From the NCBI RefSeq assembly GCF_004010195.1, contig NC_057746.1:18605103-18666871 (forward strand): a stretch of DNA of 61,769 nt. Direction: 5' to 3'. The DNA is from Chiloscyllium plagiosum (lineage: Eukaryota). The notes under the pieces were generated by a model, which did no database searches, was not told the origin of the DNA, and worked only from the letters and a program-made list of their open reading frames with translations. The first letter of the stretch is position 1. Every line of letters starts with the position of its first letter. The position numbers were made by a program, and so were the translations under genes. Below, piece after piece: positions 23,119 to 36,462 of this stretch.

Positions 23119-26100
23119 GCGTCTGTGTCTCTGCGTGTATTTGTGTGTCTATGTGCGTGTGCGTCTGTGTCTCTGCGTGTATTTGTGTGTCTATGTGCGT
23201 GTGCGTCTGTGTCTCTGCGTGTATTTGTGTGTCTATGTGCGTGTGCGTCTGTGTCTCTGCGTGTATTTGTGTGTCTATGTGCGTGTGCGTCTGTGTCTCT
23301 GCGTGTATTTGTGTGTCTATGTGCGTGTGCGTCTGTGTCTCTGCGTGTATTTGTGTGTCTATGTGCGTGTGCGTCTGTGTCTCTGCGTGTATTTGTGTGT
23401 CTATGTGCGTGTGCGTCTGTGTCTCTGCGTGTATTTGTGTGTCTATGTGCGTGTGCGTCTGTGTCTCTGCGTGTATTTGTGTGTCTATGTGCGTGTGCGT
23501 CTGTGTCTCTGCGTGTATTTGTGTGTCTATGTGCGTGTGCGTCTGTGTCTCTGCGTGTATTTGTGTGTCTATGTGCGTGTGCGTCTGTGTCTCTGCGTGT
23601 ATTTGTGTGTCTATGTGCGTGTGCGTCTGTGTCTCTGCGTGTATTTGTGTGTCTATGTGCGTGTGCGTCTGTGTCTCTGCGTGTATTTGTGTGTCTATGT
23701 GCGTGTGCGTCTGTGTCTCTGCGTGTATTTGTGTGTCTATGTGCGTGTGCGTCTGTGTCTCTGCGTGTATTTGTGTGTCTATGTGCGTGTGCGTCTGTGT
23801 CTCTGCGTGTATTTGTGTGTCTATGTGCGTGTGCGTCTGTGTCTCTGCGTGTATTTGTGTGTCTATGTGCGTGTGCGTCTGTGTCTCTGCGTGTATTTGT
23901 GTGTCTATGTGCGTGTGCGTCTGTGTCTCTGCGTGTATTTGTGTGTCTATGTGCGTGTGCGTCTGTGTCTCTGCGTGTATTTGTGTGTCTATGTGCGTGT
24001 GCGTCTGTGTCTCTGCGTGTATTTGTGTGTCTATGTGCGTGTGCGTCTGTGTCTCTGCGTGTATTTGTGTGTCTATGTGCGTGTGCGTCTGTGTCTCTGC
24101 GTGTATTTGTGTGTCTATGTGCGTGTGCGTCTGTGTCTCTGCGTGTATTTGTGTGTCTATGTGCGTGTGCGTCTGTGTCTCTGCGTGTATTTGTGTGTCT
24201 ATGTGCGTGTGCGTCTGTGTCTCTGCGTGTATTTGTGTGTCTATGTGCGTGTGCGTCTGTGTCTCTGCGTGTATTTGTGTGTCTATGTGCGTGTGCGTCT
24301 GTGTCTCTGCGTGTATTTGTGTGTCTATGTGCGTGTGCGTCTGTGTCTCTGCGTGTATTTGTGTGTCTATGTGCGTGTGCGTCTGTGTCTCTGCGTGTAT
24401 TTGTGTGTCTATGTGCGTGTGCGTCTGTGTCTCTGCGTGTATTTGTGTGTCTATGTGCGTGTGCGTCTGTGTCTCTGCGTGTATTTGTGTGTCTATGTGC
24501 GTGTGCGTCTGTGTCTCTGCGTGTATTTGTGTGTCTATGTGCGTGTGCGTCTGTGTCTCTGCGTGTATTTGTGTGTCTATGTGCGTGTGCGTCTGTGTCT
24601 CTGCGTGTATTTGTGTGTCTATGTGCGTGTGCGTCTGTGTCTCTGCGTGTATTTGTGTGTCTATGTGCGTGTGCGTCTGTGTCTCTGCGTGTATTTGTGT
24701 GTCTATGTGCGTGTGCGTCTGTGTCTCTGCGTGTATTTGTGTGTCTATGTGCGTGTGCGTCTGTGTCTCTGCGTGTATTTGTGTGTCTATGTGCGTGTGC
24801 GTCTGTGTCTCTGCGTGTATTTGTGTGTCTATGTGCGTGTGCGTCTGTGTCTCTGCGTGTATTTGTGTGTCTATGTGCGTGTGCGTCTGTGTCTCTGCGT
24901 GTATTTGTGTGTCTATGTGCGTGTGCGTCTGTGTCTCTGCGTGTATTTGTGTGTCTATGTGCGTGTGCGTCTGTGTCTCTGCGTGTATTTGTGTGTCTAT
25001 GTGCGTGTGCGTCTGTGTCTCTGCGTGTATTTGTGTGTCTATGTGCGTGTGCGTCTGTGTCTCTGCGTGTATTTGTGTGTCTATGTGCGTGTGCGTCTGT
25101 GTCTCTGCGTGTATTTGTGTGTCTATGTGCGTGTGCGTCTGTGTCTCTGCGTGTATTTGTGTGTCTATGTGCGTGTGCGTCTGTGTCTCTGCGTGTATTT
25201 GTGTGTCTATGTGCGTGTGCGTCTGTGTCTCTGCGTGTATTTGTGTGTCTATGTGCGTGTGCGTCTGTGTCTCTGCGTGTATTTGTGTGTCTATGTGCGT
25301 GTGCGTCTGTGTCTCTGCGTGTATTTGTGTGTCTATGTGCGTGTGCGTCTGTGTCTCTGCGTGTATTTGTGTGTCTATGTGCGTGTGCGTCTGTGTCTCT
25401 GCGTGTATTTGTGTGTCTATGTGCGTGTGCGTCTGTGTCTCTGCGTGTATTTGTGTGTCTATGTGCGTGTGCGTCTGTGTCTCTGCGTGTATTTGTGTGT
25501 CTATGTGCGTGTGCGTCTGTGTCTCTGCGTGTATTTGTGTGTCTATGTGCGTGTGCGTCTGTGTCTCTGCGTGTATTTGTGTGTCTATGTGCGTGTGCGT
25601 CTGTGTCTCTGCGTGTATTTGTGTGTCTATGTGCGTGTGCGTCTGTGTCTCTGCGTGTATTTGTGTGTCTATGTGCGTGTGCGTCTGTGTCTCTGCGTGT
25701 ATTTGTGTGTCTATGTGCGTGTGCGTCTGTGTCTCTGCGTGTATTTGTGTGTCTATGTGCGTGTGCGTCTGTGTCTCTGCGTGTATTTGTGTGTCTATGT
25801 GCGTGTGCGTCTGTGTCTCTGCGTGTATTTGTGTGTCTATGTGCGTGTGCGTCTGTGTCTCTGCGTGTATTTGTGTGTCTATGTGCGTGTGCGTCTGTGT
25901 CTCTGCGTGTATTTGTGTGTCTATGTGCGTGTGCGTCTGTGTCTCTGCGTGTATTTGTGTGTCTATGTGCGTGTGCGTCTGTGTCTCTGCGTGTATTTGT
26001 GTGTCTATGTGCGTGTGCGTCTGTGTCTCTGCGTGTATTTGTGTGTCTATGTGCGTGTGCGTCTGTGTCTCTGCGTGTATTTGTGTGTCTATGTGCGTGT

Positions 26101-28976
26101 GCGTCTGTGTCTCTGCGTGTATTTGTGTGTCTATGTGCGTGTGCGTCTGTGTCTCTGCGTGTATTTGTGTGTCTATGTGCGTGTGCGTCTGTGTCTCTGC
26201 GTGTATTTGTGTGTCTATGTGCGTGTGCGTCTGTGTCTCTGCGTGTATTTGTGTGTCTATGTGCGTGTGCGTCTGTGTCTCTGCGTGTATTTGTGTGTCT
26301 ATGTGCGTGTGCGTCTGTGTCTCTGCGTGTATTTGTGTGTCTATGTGCGTGTGCGTCTGTGTCTCTGCGTGTATTTGTGTGTCTATGTGCGTGTGCGTCT
26401 GTGTCTCTGCGTGTATTTGTGTGTCTATGTGCGTGTGCGTCTGTGTCTCTGCGTGTATTTGTGTGTCTATGTGCGTGTGCGTCTGTGTCTCTGCGTGTAT
26501 TTGTGTGTCTATGTGCGTGTGCGTCTGTGTCTCTGCGTGTATTTGTGTGTCTATGTGCGTGTGCGTCTGTGTCTCTGCGTGTATTTGTGTGTCTATGTGC
26601 GTGTGCGTCTGTGTCTCTGCGTGTATTTGTGTGTCTATGTGCGTGTGCGTCTGTGTCTCTGCGTGTATTTGTGTGTCTATGTGCGTGTGCGTCTGTGTCT
26701 CTGCGTGTATTTGTGTGTCTATGTGCGTGTGCGTCTGTGTCTCTGCGTGTATTTGTGTGTCTATGTGCGTGTGCGTCTGTGTCTCTGCGTGTATTTGTGT
26801 GTCTATGTGCGTGTGCGTCTGTGTCTCTGCGTGTATTTGTGTGTCTATGTGCGTGTGCGTCTGTGTCTCTGCGTGTATTTGTGTGTCTATGTGCGTGTGC
26901 GTCTGTGTCTCTGCGTGTATTTGTGTGTCTATGTGCGTGTGCGTCTGTGTCTCTGCGTGTATTTGTGTGTCTATGTGCGTGTGCGTCTGTGTCTCTGCGT
27001 GTATTTGTGTGTCTATGTGCGTGTGCGTCTGTGTCTCTGCGTGTATTTGTGTGTCTATGTGCGTGTGCGTCTGTGTCTCTGCGTGTATTTGTGTGTCTAT
27101 GTGCGTGTGCGTCTGTGTCTCTGCGTGTATTTGTGTGTCTATGTGCGTGTGCGTCTGTGTCTCTGCGTGTATTTGTGTGTCTATGTGCGTGTGCGTCTGT
27201 GTCTCTGCGTGTATTTGTGTGTCTATGTGCGTGTGCGTCTGTGTCTCTGCGTGTATTTGTGTGTCTATGTGCGTGTGCGTCTGTGTCTCTGCGTGTATTT
27301 GTGTGTCTATGTGCGTGTGCGTCTGTGTCTCTGCGTGTATTTGTGTGTCTATGTGCGTGTGCGTCTGTGTCTCTGCGTGTATTTGTGTGTCTATGTGCGT
27401 GTGCGTCTGTGTCTCTGCGTGTATTTGTGTGTCTATGTGCGTGTGCGTCTGTGTCTCTGCGTGTATTTGTGTGTCTATGTGCGTGTGCGTCTGTGTCTCT
27501 GCGTGTATTTGTGTGTCTATGTGCGTGTGCGTCTGTGTCTCTGCGTGTATTTGTGTGTCTATGTGCGTGTGCGTCTGTGTCTCTGCGTGTATTTGTGTGT
27601 CTATGTGCGTGTGCGTCTGTGTCTCTGCGTGTATTTGTGTGTCTATGTGCGTGTGCGTCTGTGTCTCTGCGTGTATTTGTGTGTCTATGTGCGTGTGCGT
27701 CTGTGTCTCTGCGTGTATTTGTGTGTCTATGTGCGTGTGCGTCTGTGTCTCTGCGTGTATTTGTGTGTCTATGTGCGTGTGCGTCTGTGTCTCTGCGTGT
27801 ATTTGTGTGTCTATGTGCGTGTGCGTCTGTGTCTCTGCGTGTATTTGTGTGTCTATGTGCGTGTGCGTCTGTGTCTCTGCGTGTATTTGTGTGTCTATGT
27901 GCGTGTGCGTCTGTGTCTCTGCGTGTATTTGTGTGTCTATGTGCGTGTGCGTCTGTGTCTCTGCGTGTATTTGTGTGTCTATGTGCGTGTGCGTCTGTGT
28001 CTCTGCGTGTATTTGTGTGTCTATGTGCGTGTGCGTCTGTGTCTCTGCGTGTATTTGTGTGTCTATGTGCGTGTGCGTCTGTGTCTCTGCGTGTATTTGT
28101 GTGTCTATGTGCGTGTGCGTCTGTGTCTCTGCGTGTATTTGTGTGTCTATGTGCGTGTGCGTCTGTGTCTCTGCGTGTATTTGTGTGTCTATGTGCGTGT
28201 GCGTCTGTGTCTCTGCGTGTATTTGTGTGTCTATGTGCGTGTGCGTCTGTGTCTCTGCGTGTATTTGTGTGTCTATGTGCGTGTGCGTCTGTGTCTCTGC
28301 GTGTATTTGTGTGTCTATGTGCGTGTGCGTCTGTGTCTCTGCGTGTATTTGTGTGTCTATGTGCGTGTGCGTCTGTGTCTCTGCGTGTATTTGTGTGTCT
28401 ATGTGCGTGTGCGTCTGTGTCTCTGCGTGTATTTGTGTGTCTATGTGCGTGTGCGTCTGTGTCTCTGCGTGTATTTGTGTGTCTATGTGCGTGTGCGTCT
28501 GTGTCTCTGCGTGTATTTGTGTGTCTATGTGCGTGTGCGTCTGTGTCTCTGCGTGTATTTGTGTGTCTATGTGCGTGTGCGTCTGTGTCTCTGCGTGTAT
28601 TTGTGTGTCTATGTGCGTGTGCGTCTGTGTCTCTGCGTGTATTTGTGTGTCTATGTGCGTGTGCGTCTGTGTCTCTGCGTGTATTTGTGTGTCTATGTGC
28701 GTGTGCGTCTGTGTCTCTGCGTGTATTTGTGTGTCTATGTGCGTGTGCGTCTGTGTCTCTGCGTGTATTTGTGTGTCTATGTGCGTGTGCGTCTGTGTCT
28801 CTGCGTGTATTTGTGTGTCTATGTGCGTGTGCGTCTGTGTCTCTGCGTGTATTTGTGTGTCTATGTGCGTGTGCGTCTGTGTCTCTGCGTGTATTTGTGT
28901 GTCTATGTGCGTGTGCGTCTGTGTCTCTGCGTGTATTTGTGTGTCTATGTGCGTGTGCGTCTGTGTCTCTGCGTGT
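23119..28976. repeat. Tandem array of a 42-bp unit, about 139.5 copies
   Basis: Unit gcgtctgtgtctctgcgtgtatttgtgtgtctatgtgcgtgt repeated with no visible variant; flanked by degenerate (TG)n DNA (22945-23118, 28977-29602). Confidence 0.98.
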
Positions 28977-29614
28977 GCTTGTGTATCTGTCCAGTTGTCT
29001 GTTTTTTCGTAATCTTATGTCGATTTGTATGGGTGAATATATGTATTTCTGAGTGTGAGTGTGCATCTTTGTGTGCATGTGTTTGTGTGTATGTGTCTGG
29101 GTATCACTGTATGTGTATTTGTCTCTGAGTATCGGTATTCTTATGCCACTGTGGGCGGGTACGTGTTTATTTGTGTTCTGTGTGTTAATGTGCGTCTCTG
29201 TGTGTATATGTATGCGTGTGTATGCGTCTGTGTTTGTATGTGTCTGTGTCTCAGTATATGTGTGCGTGTGTCTCTGTGTGTTGGTATGCACACATCAGTG
29301 TGTGCAGGTCGATGTACATTTGTTTGTGTCTCTATCAGTGTGCGTTTCTGTGTGTAAGTGTATGCATGTGAATATGTCTGTGTGTACGTATGGCTGAGCA
29401 TTAGTTTATGTATGTCGGTATTCCTATCTCAGTGTGTGCGGATGTATGTGCATTTATCTGTGTGTGGGTGTGTCTGTGCGTTTGCTTGTGTATCTGTGTG
29501 CGTGTCTATGTGTGGGTAATTCTTGTGTCTTTATGTGTACATGTCTGTGTGTCAGTATGTGCCTCTCTGCGCGTATGTCTGCTTTGTGTCAGTGTGTGTG
29601 TGCAAAATCATAAA

Positions 29615-29950
29615 CGGTGAGTTATAAAGAAAGGCTGGATAGGCTGGGACATTTTTTCACTGAAGTGGAGGAGGCTAAGAGGCGATCTGATCGAAGTTTG
29701 TGCAACAATGAGAGGGATAGACATAAGAGGGATTTTTTTTCACACAGAGGGTGGTTCGCGTGTGGAATGAGCTTTCTGAGAAAGTGGTGAATGCGAGGAA
29801 AATTACAACGTTTAAAAGACATTTGAATGGATTCATGAATAGGAAAGGTCTGGAGGGATATGGGCCAGGAGCAGGCAGGTGTGATGTCCACCACGGTCTG
29901 TTGGACCGAAGGGTCTGTCTCTGCGCTGTTTGATTTGATGACTACTCTAC
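29615..29950 (+). mobile_element. CR1 3' fragment
   Basis: VVRVWNELSEKVV...TFKRHL motif. Confidence 0.8.
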
Positions 29951-30269
29951 CGACAGAATAGATGGGGAGAAACTGTTCACACTGAGAAAAGGGGGGGGGA
30001 AAAAAGAATGGGAGGGCACAGATGATGTGCAAAAGAAGGAAGGTGGTGTGGGGGGAGGGGAGGTGGGGGAGGGCGTGGGAGAAAAGCATTTTCACACATC
30101 GAGTGGCTAGCCTTTGGAATCCAATGCCTGGGAACGTGGTGGGAACGTGGTTCAACTGAGTCATCCAAGAGGAACGTTGAATGGTTCATTAGATAGAGAT
30201 TGTAAGCAGGGAGGTGGCGGAGTGGCAGGATCTTGGCACTAGATAACAGAATGGGTGCAGGAACGATGC

Positions 30270-30631
30270 TGTGTGTGTAGCTGTGTGTCCTGACGTATCT
30301 GTGTATGTGGCTTGTGTGTATGCATGCCTGTATTCGTGAGCATGACTGTGAGTCTGTATGTCTGTATCCCCCCATGTCTGCTTAGATGTACGTTCAGGTC
30401 TGTGTGCATATGTTAATGATTGCTTGTGTTTGAGGAAATCTGTGTTTGCGAAATGTGTGTGTGTGTATGTGTGTGTGTGTGCATGTGTGTGCGTGTATGT
30501 GTGTGTGTGTGTCTGTGTGTGCGTGCCGATCTGCGTGAGAGAGCCTGTTTTTGTGAATGTGTGTACGTGCGTGAATGTGCGCGTTTTCGTGTGTGTGTCT
30601 TTGTGTGTGTGTGTGTGTATGTGTGTGTCTT

Positions 30632-30667
<36 letters not shown>

Positions 30668-30700
30668 CCGACATGTATGTATATGTACGTGTGCTTTCTA
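30270..30700. repeat. Degenerate (TG)n/(GA)n microsatellite
   Basis: Low-complexity TG run ending in (GA)n. Confidence 0.9.
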
Positions 30701-31375
30701 TTTCAGGTGAGGTCAGAGCCTTCAAATAATCCTCCTGATTACAGGTGAAACATGTTAGCGACTAGTAGGGCTGCATCTGTCTTGGGTCACAGCCTTTAGA
30801 AAAGGATGCAAGCCTGAGTGAAATTATGTAATGCAGATATGAAACACAATCACATGGGGTGCTTTGGATTTCAGGGTGCAAGTTTAACCCCCCTAACAGC
30901 AGGGGTCAACGAGAAAGCAAAAACAGTGGAAATCTGTTTTCTTAACAATTTAGCCTCATGAAACAGAGTGGGACGTTTACTGTTGTTGATATAGAACTTT
31001 TTTCCGCACTTGCGGTAACTTTAATGTGACTGATGTAGTATTTGGAACTGGCAGCCTGAATGGATGCTGTTTGCAGCAATGATGAATTACAATGATAGAG
31101 CGACTTATCTCTGGTTGATATTTAGCAGAGTCCCCATTGCATGAAACATCCCCAGATGATTTTTCGGCTGGTCAATGGGCTAAGTGTACACCATCTGTCG
31201 TGAACGGAATTCATTTCCAAATTTAAGTTTCGCTTTTTTTTTTCAGATGCGACCTCATATCTAAGGTCAAACAAAACTAAAGTTTAATTCCTGCCCTATT
31301 TAACTGTGCTGCCTTATACACGGATAACTGTCTGACAGGCTAAGGATTGCCAAGCGTTAAATTAATATTAATAAC

Positions 31376-31437
31376 ATGACAAGAAGTTTGACACTCCTGC
31401 TTCCCAAGGCCAGCCGGTTGGTTTCCATAGAAACAGC
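31376..31437 (+). CDS. C4: Candidate exon 1 (leader) of the C4-like gene
   Basis: ATG..MTRSLTLLLPKASRLVSIET-gc|GTAAGG, 62 nt, ending in phase 2 as exon 2 requires. The peptide is only a mediocre signal sequence. Confidence 0.35.
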
Positions 31438-31969
31438 GTAAGGAAACCATCACAGTGCTATGGAGAATATTCGATACAGAACTTGATCATATTTAGCAGA
31501 TTCCAAATCAGAAGAAGAAGAAAATACAGGAGATAAATATTAAATTAATGCCGTTATAATGGCAATTAAACTTTGATTGGAATTCATTAAATCATAATTC
31601 TGCATTTTTTTTTCCTTAAAAGTTCATTTTGAATACAGGGAAGCGAGCTAAACATCTCTGGGGAATTTTGCAGCGAGACTAGGGGGTAAAGAGTTGATGC
31701 TGCATCCAATCAGTGCTGCTGGCATCTGCGGAGAGTGTAACAGAACACAGCGTGTGGTGAAACTCACGCCTTTCCATTTAGTTGGTCATTTCAAATGAGC
31801 AAGTGACGGAAATGCGTGTCAATTTCACGCAGGCTGGCGCTGGCATGTTCAAGGCCATTCGGGGGGCCGCACTGTCCCCTGCACGCCCCGCCTCCCAATG
31901 GCTGCACTCACTTGCTATTTTGATTAACTCGGTCTTTGACTCCTCTTTTGTAATTGACAAAACTCCTAG

Positions 31970-32162
31970 CTACTTAATCAGTGCCCCCAACATCATTCAC
32001 ATCGGGGTGAAGGAGAGCGTTGCTATCCAGTTGGATGGAGCAGAAAATCCCGTCAAGGTCAAAGTTTATTTATTCGATGTGACGGGCTCCAGAAAGCTTT
32101 CCAAGGATGTTGATTTTGAACTAACGGCAGGAAATGGTTACCGTCAAATCAAAGACATTGCC
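31970..32162 (+). CDS. C4: Complement C4-like exon 2 (MG1)
   Basis: cctAG|c YLISAPNIIHIGVKESVAIQLDGAENPVKVKVYLFDVTGSRKLSKDVDFELTAGNGYRQIKDIA|GTaagt; resembles human C4 LLFSPSVVHLGV...SPKVDFTL. Confidence 0.9.
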
Positions 32163-32364
32163 GTAAGTACTGCCATCGGGACTCATGCAGCGACGTGCGA
32201 ACCCCTCTGTCATTTATTGATTTAAGTGCCACTGTTGAGGGAGTGCACCTTCTCGCCCCAAATGAGACGTCCGTGTTTTGATACAAGGTGGAAGCTTCCT
32301 GCGCTTATACTTAAAATTCCAGTCCACTAGTCTCTCCCAGAACTTGGCGATTATTTAAATGTGG

Positions 32365-32550
32365 AGAAACTGAGGTCTGCAGATGCTGGAGAACAGAGTC
32401 GAGAGTGTGGTGCTGGAAAAGCACAGCGGGTCAGGTAGCATCCGAGGAGCAGGAAAACCGACGTTTCGGGCCGTTTCCTGACCGAAACGTCGATTCTTCT
32501 GCTCCTTGGATGCTGCCTGACCCTGCTGTGTTTTTCCAGCAACACACTGT
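32365..32550. mobile_element. Palindromic short Penelope-related element
   Basis: Inverted arms 32404-32549 meeting at gacgtttcgg...ccgaaacgtc, inside the hammerhead stem II. Confidence 0.75.
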
Positions 32551-33309
32551 CGACAATTATTCAAATGTGGCCTCGGTACACCTTTGCGTAATGGCGTTGA
32601 AACTAGACCCTAAAATACTCTTGACTTAACCACTATAATAAATGCCGGTAATATTTGTACAGGTGGGTTAACTGAAGTGCTCAGTTCATTCTTCAAAGCT
32701 CTACGTCTTTTCCTTTAGTGTCGGTGTCACTAACAACGCCATTGTTACATCCCCATCCTTAGGGCTCAATGGGCTGTTGCGCCGTTTAGAATGCAGTGGA
32801 GAGCCAGTTACAGTGCTATAGTTCTGCAACAGGGGGCTGGTTTCCTTCCGTATTGGATATGACTCAAGCAAATGGGTTTTTACAACAACTGATGAGAGTT
32901 GCTATGGTCACCACAAAGGGAATCAGCGCTATATTCCACATTTGACGAAGTAAACTTGAGTACCACCAGCAAAAGCAGTGAGGGGATTTGAACCCAGGTC
33001 CACAGATCATTAACTTAGGCATTTTAGATCACTATCCTAATGACATTGCTTTTTCACAGCCAACCCCTTGCATTTTTGCACCGTAAGCTACACTCTAATG
33101 GATGTAAAATATGTTCCTATATGTCTGCACCGTAGCGCATACAAAACACATCTTGCAGCCATGATAAATGCAAGTTAGTTGATGCTATTTATAAAAGACG
33201 AGCACATAAAACATGTACATTGATGCATATCCTACATGTGATACGGGCTAAGTTAAAGCTAATATTTCCATTCTTAGAAATGGTTTTAACCTATGAAAGC
33301 TATCTTTGG

Positions 33310-33760
33310 TCATAGAGTCATAGAGATGTACAGCATGGAAACAGTTACTTCAGTCCAGCCCGTCCATGCCGACCAGATATCCCAACTCAATATAGTCACA
33401 CCTGCCAGCACCCGGCCCATATCTCTCCAAACCCTTCCTATTCATGTACCCATCCAAATGCCTTTTAAATGTTGCAATTGCACCAGCCCCTATCACTTCC
33501 TCTCGCAGCTCCTTCCATACACTTACCACTCTCTGTGTGAAAAGATTGCCCCTTAGGTCTCTTTCATATCTTTCCCCATTCACCCTAAACCTATGCCCTC
33601 TAGTTCTGGATCCCCAGGGAAAAGACTTTGTCTATTTATCCTATCCATGCCCCTCATAATTTTGTAAACCTCTATAAGGTCACCCCTCAGCCTCCGACGC
33701 TCCAGGGAAAATAGCCCCAGCCCTGTTCAGCCTCTCCTTATAGCTCAGATCCTCCAACTC
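33310..33760 (-). mobile_element. CR1/HER1 3' fragment
   Basis: gtcatagag tail; RGNLFTQRVVSVWKEL motif. Confidence 0.85.
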
Positions 33761-34899
33761 TGTATTTCGACTCACCGGTACGTTACGGTCACCATTCCCA
33801 GTTGAAGCTAGTGTTAATACTGGCTGAAATTAGTGGTCCCACCCTGCAGGAAACTGACCAGAACTTGTGGAGTCCATGCATGTTGAACATAAAAACTCAG
33901 GAATTGTTTTCACGAATTCTGCATTTTTCAATATTAAAGTTCCACTTTAAAAGTTTTCCAACCTGTCTTCAGAGGGACTACATTGGCCTGGCAATAATAA
34001 GCTTTCCCCCTTACGCCACTGGTCTTCCTATGAATAAATAAAAATGAAATTTCACACCATGTATCTAACAGTATATTAAACTTCAAATACAACAAAATAG
34101 CTTCAGTGCTTGTGAGAAAAAAAGATGTATGTGTTTGTGGAATGTTAAAATCCTTTTATTACTATTGAATATCATATTTTAAAAGTCTTGAAAAAATATT
34201 AGTTCTTTTAATTTCAACTTCCACCTTAATCCAACCTATCTGTTCTAATAACTTTCTTTGAAATGGAAAAAAAAACTGACTTGCCGTCTGTGAGCATACT
34301 TTGATATGGTTGGTTGCTTCATTTGGTGGATGACATCCCTTCTGATGGATGCCTGAGATCCCCAAGTCTTGGCACCAGTTAGGAGCAGACATTAAGAAAC
34401 GGGAAGCCATGCAGGGAGTATGCTGGAAAGAAAAGGTCGGGGCAACTTTTCCACGATTATGATTTCAATTACTATCACTTTAATGCTGACGACACAACCT
34501 GGGGCAATGTGAAGACGCAGAACAACATGTGTTGGAGGATTCACTTTTTATGGAAATTTACAGATTACAGACAATTTTGTGAGATTTGTGTTATACTTTA
34601 AAATTTCAAAATGCAACAGTTTATTTGAGACTTTAACCCTTCAGACAACAGGAAGCAGTTTGATCAGTTAAGTCAGGAAGCTTTATTTAAGTCACCAAGT
34701 AATATTTATTAAAGTAGGGCAGGAACTTGACAGGTTTATTGCGGCCCTTGCTTCCCAATTCAACTTATGGTGCACTGTGGACACTCAATCTCTGGTTTCT
34801 CTTGAAGAACACTGCTCCAGATTCGCCAGTCTGGTGAAGAAACCACTCACTATCTACCCTGTCAAGATCTTCCATGAGTGTGCATTTTGTACATGAGAT

Positions 34900-35380
34900 A
34901 GTCATTGAGTCATAGAGATGTACAGCATGGAAACAGACCCTTCGGTCCAACCTGTCCATGCCGACCAATCTAGTCCTACCTGCCAGCACCCAGCCCATAT
35001 CCCTCCAAACCCTTCCTATTCATATACTCATCCAAATGCCTTTTAAATGTTGCAATTGTACCAGCCTGCACCACTTCCTCTGGCAGCTCATTCCATACAC
35101 GTACCACACTCTGTGTGAAAAAGATGCCCCTTGGGTCTCTTTTATATATTTCCCCTCTCACCCTAAATCTATGCCCTCAAGTTCTGGATTCCCCGACCCT
35201 AGGGAAAAGACCTTGTCTATTTATCCTATCCACGCCCCTCATGATTTTATAAACCTCTATTAGGTCACCCCTCAGCTTCCAACGCTCCAGGGAAAACGCG
35301 ACTCCACTTTCAAGGAGCTATGAACCTGCACTCTAAGGTCTCTTTGTTCAGCAACACTCCCTAGGACTTTACCATTAAGT
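34900..35380 (-). mobile_element. CR1/HER1 3' fragment
   Basis: Same tail; FFTQSVVRVWNELP motif. Confidence 0.85.
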
Positions 35381-36281
35381 GCATCATCTCGCATTCGTTA
35401 AAATTTCAGCGTGCGCCTAATTAACCTTGCCTCCCATTACAATACAACACTCTCACCCTAGCACTCAATGTAATGTTTATTCACTTTGCTTGTCAATGTA
35501 GATACATCGGTCCTTGAATATGAAGACAAAAACGGTATAGTATTCCAGATGTTGCCCATATAAAGCCATGCAAGTATAGCTAGATATTTAATTCCTGTAT
35601 TGCAATCACCTTGCAATAAAAACCACAATGCCGTTCCATTTAAGTTTTTGGGCTTTTTCTTTACAAGATTACAAAACTAATACAAAATAATGTGACCACT
35701 TTACAATATAATAGCAACAACAATATAAATAAAGCAAACAAATTATTAATCTACTCCACAAACTACCAAAACACAGAGTAAAATATAAGAAAATAAAACT
35801 CTCTATAAAAAAAAGCTACGATACGGTAAATAACTAACAGAAAAGGATAAATAAACATTCAAAATCGAATTACATCAAGTCATAACAAGATAGCTTAATA
35901 AAGTTACAACACTCAACGCTCGCTCATTGTAGCTCCCCGTCGATGGGAGCAATAGTAAGCAGACCCGTATTTATACGGGATTCTTCCTCCAAGGGGCCTT
36001 CGAACTGACAGACATCATCCTCACGGCTAGACAAAGGCACTAGATACCATTCCATTTCTTAACTGCTTAATGTATTTGCATGTTGCGTTTGAGCTCATTG
36101 CACAACCAGATCTCTCTGAGCATCGGGATATGCAAATATCATACTTATTAATCAAATCCTATTCAGTATTTCTATTTCTATAGCAAAGTGAAGAATCTCA
36201 CACTTGATATGATGCAATTAATCTTGATGCAAAGTAACTAGGTAAAGGTACTGCTAACCTCCATGTTATCCAACCCTGCAG

Positions 36282-36462
36282 GCTTCCGCTAATCTCATGA
36301 AGGAGGTTAACATTATGAAACGTAAAGACAAATACATTTCTCTTGCTGCTGAATGCCCGCAACTCTTTACAGGAAGGAGAATGGTTCCAATCCTACTATC
36401 AACAAAAAAGGGTTACATATTCATTCAGACTGACAAGCCAATATACACGCCCGGTGAAAATG
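36282..36462 (+). CDS. C4: C4-like exon 3
   Basis: ctgcAG|ASANLMKEVNIMKRKDKYISLAAECPQLFTGRRMVPILLSTKKGYIFIQTDKPIYTPGEN g|GTgagt; GYIFIQTDKPIYTPG is the thioester-protein MG2 motif. Confidence 0.95.

Noticed and set aside
23119-28976. CRISPR-like array
   Set aside because: No unique spacers, no cas genes, and a vertebrate context.
22929-29291. Four ORFs of about 2000 aa
   Set aside because: They are translations of the stop-poor 42-bp array, open in several frames at once, with no gene context.
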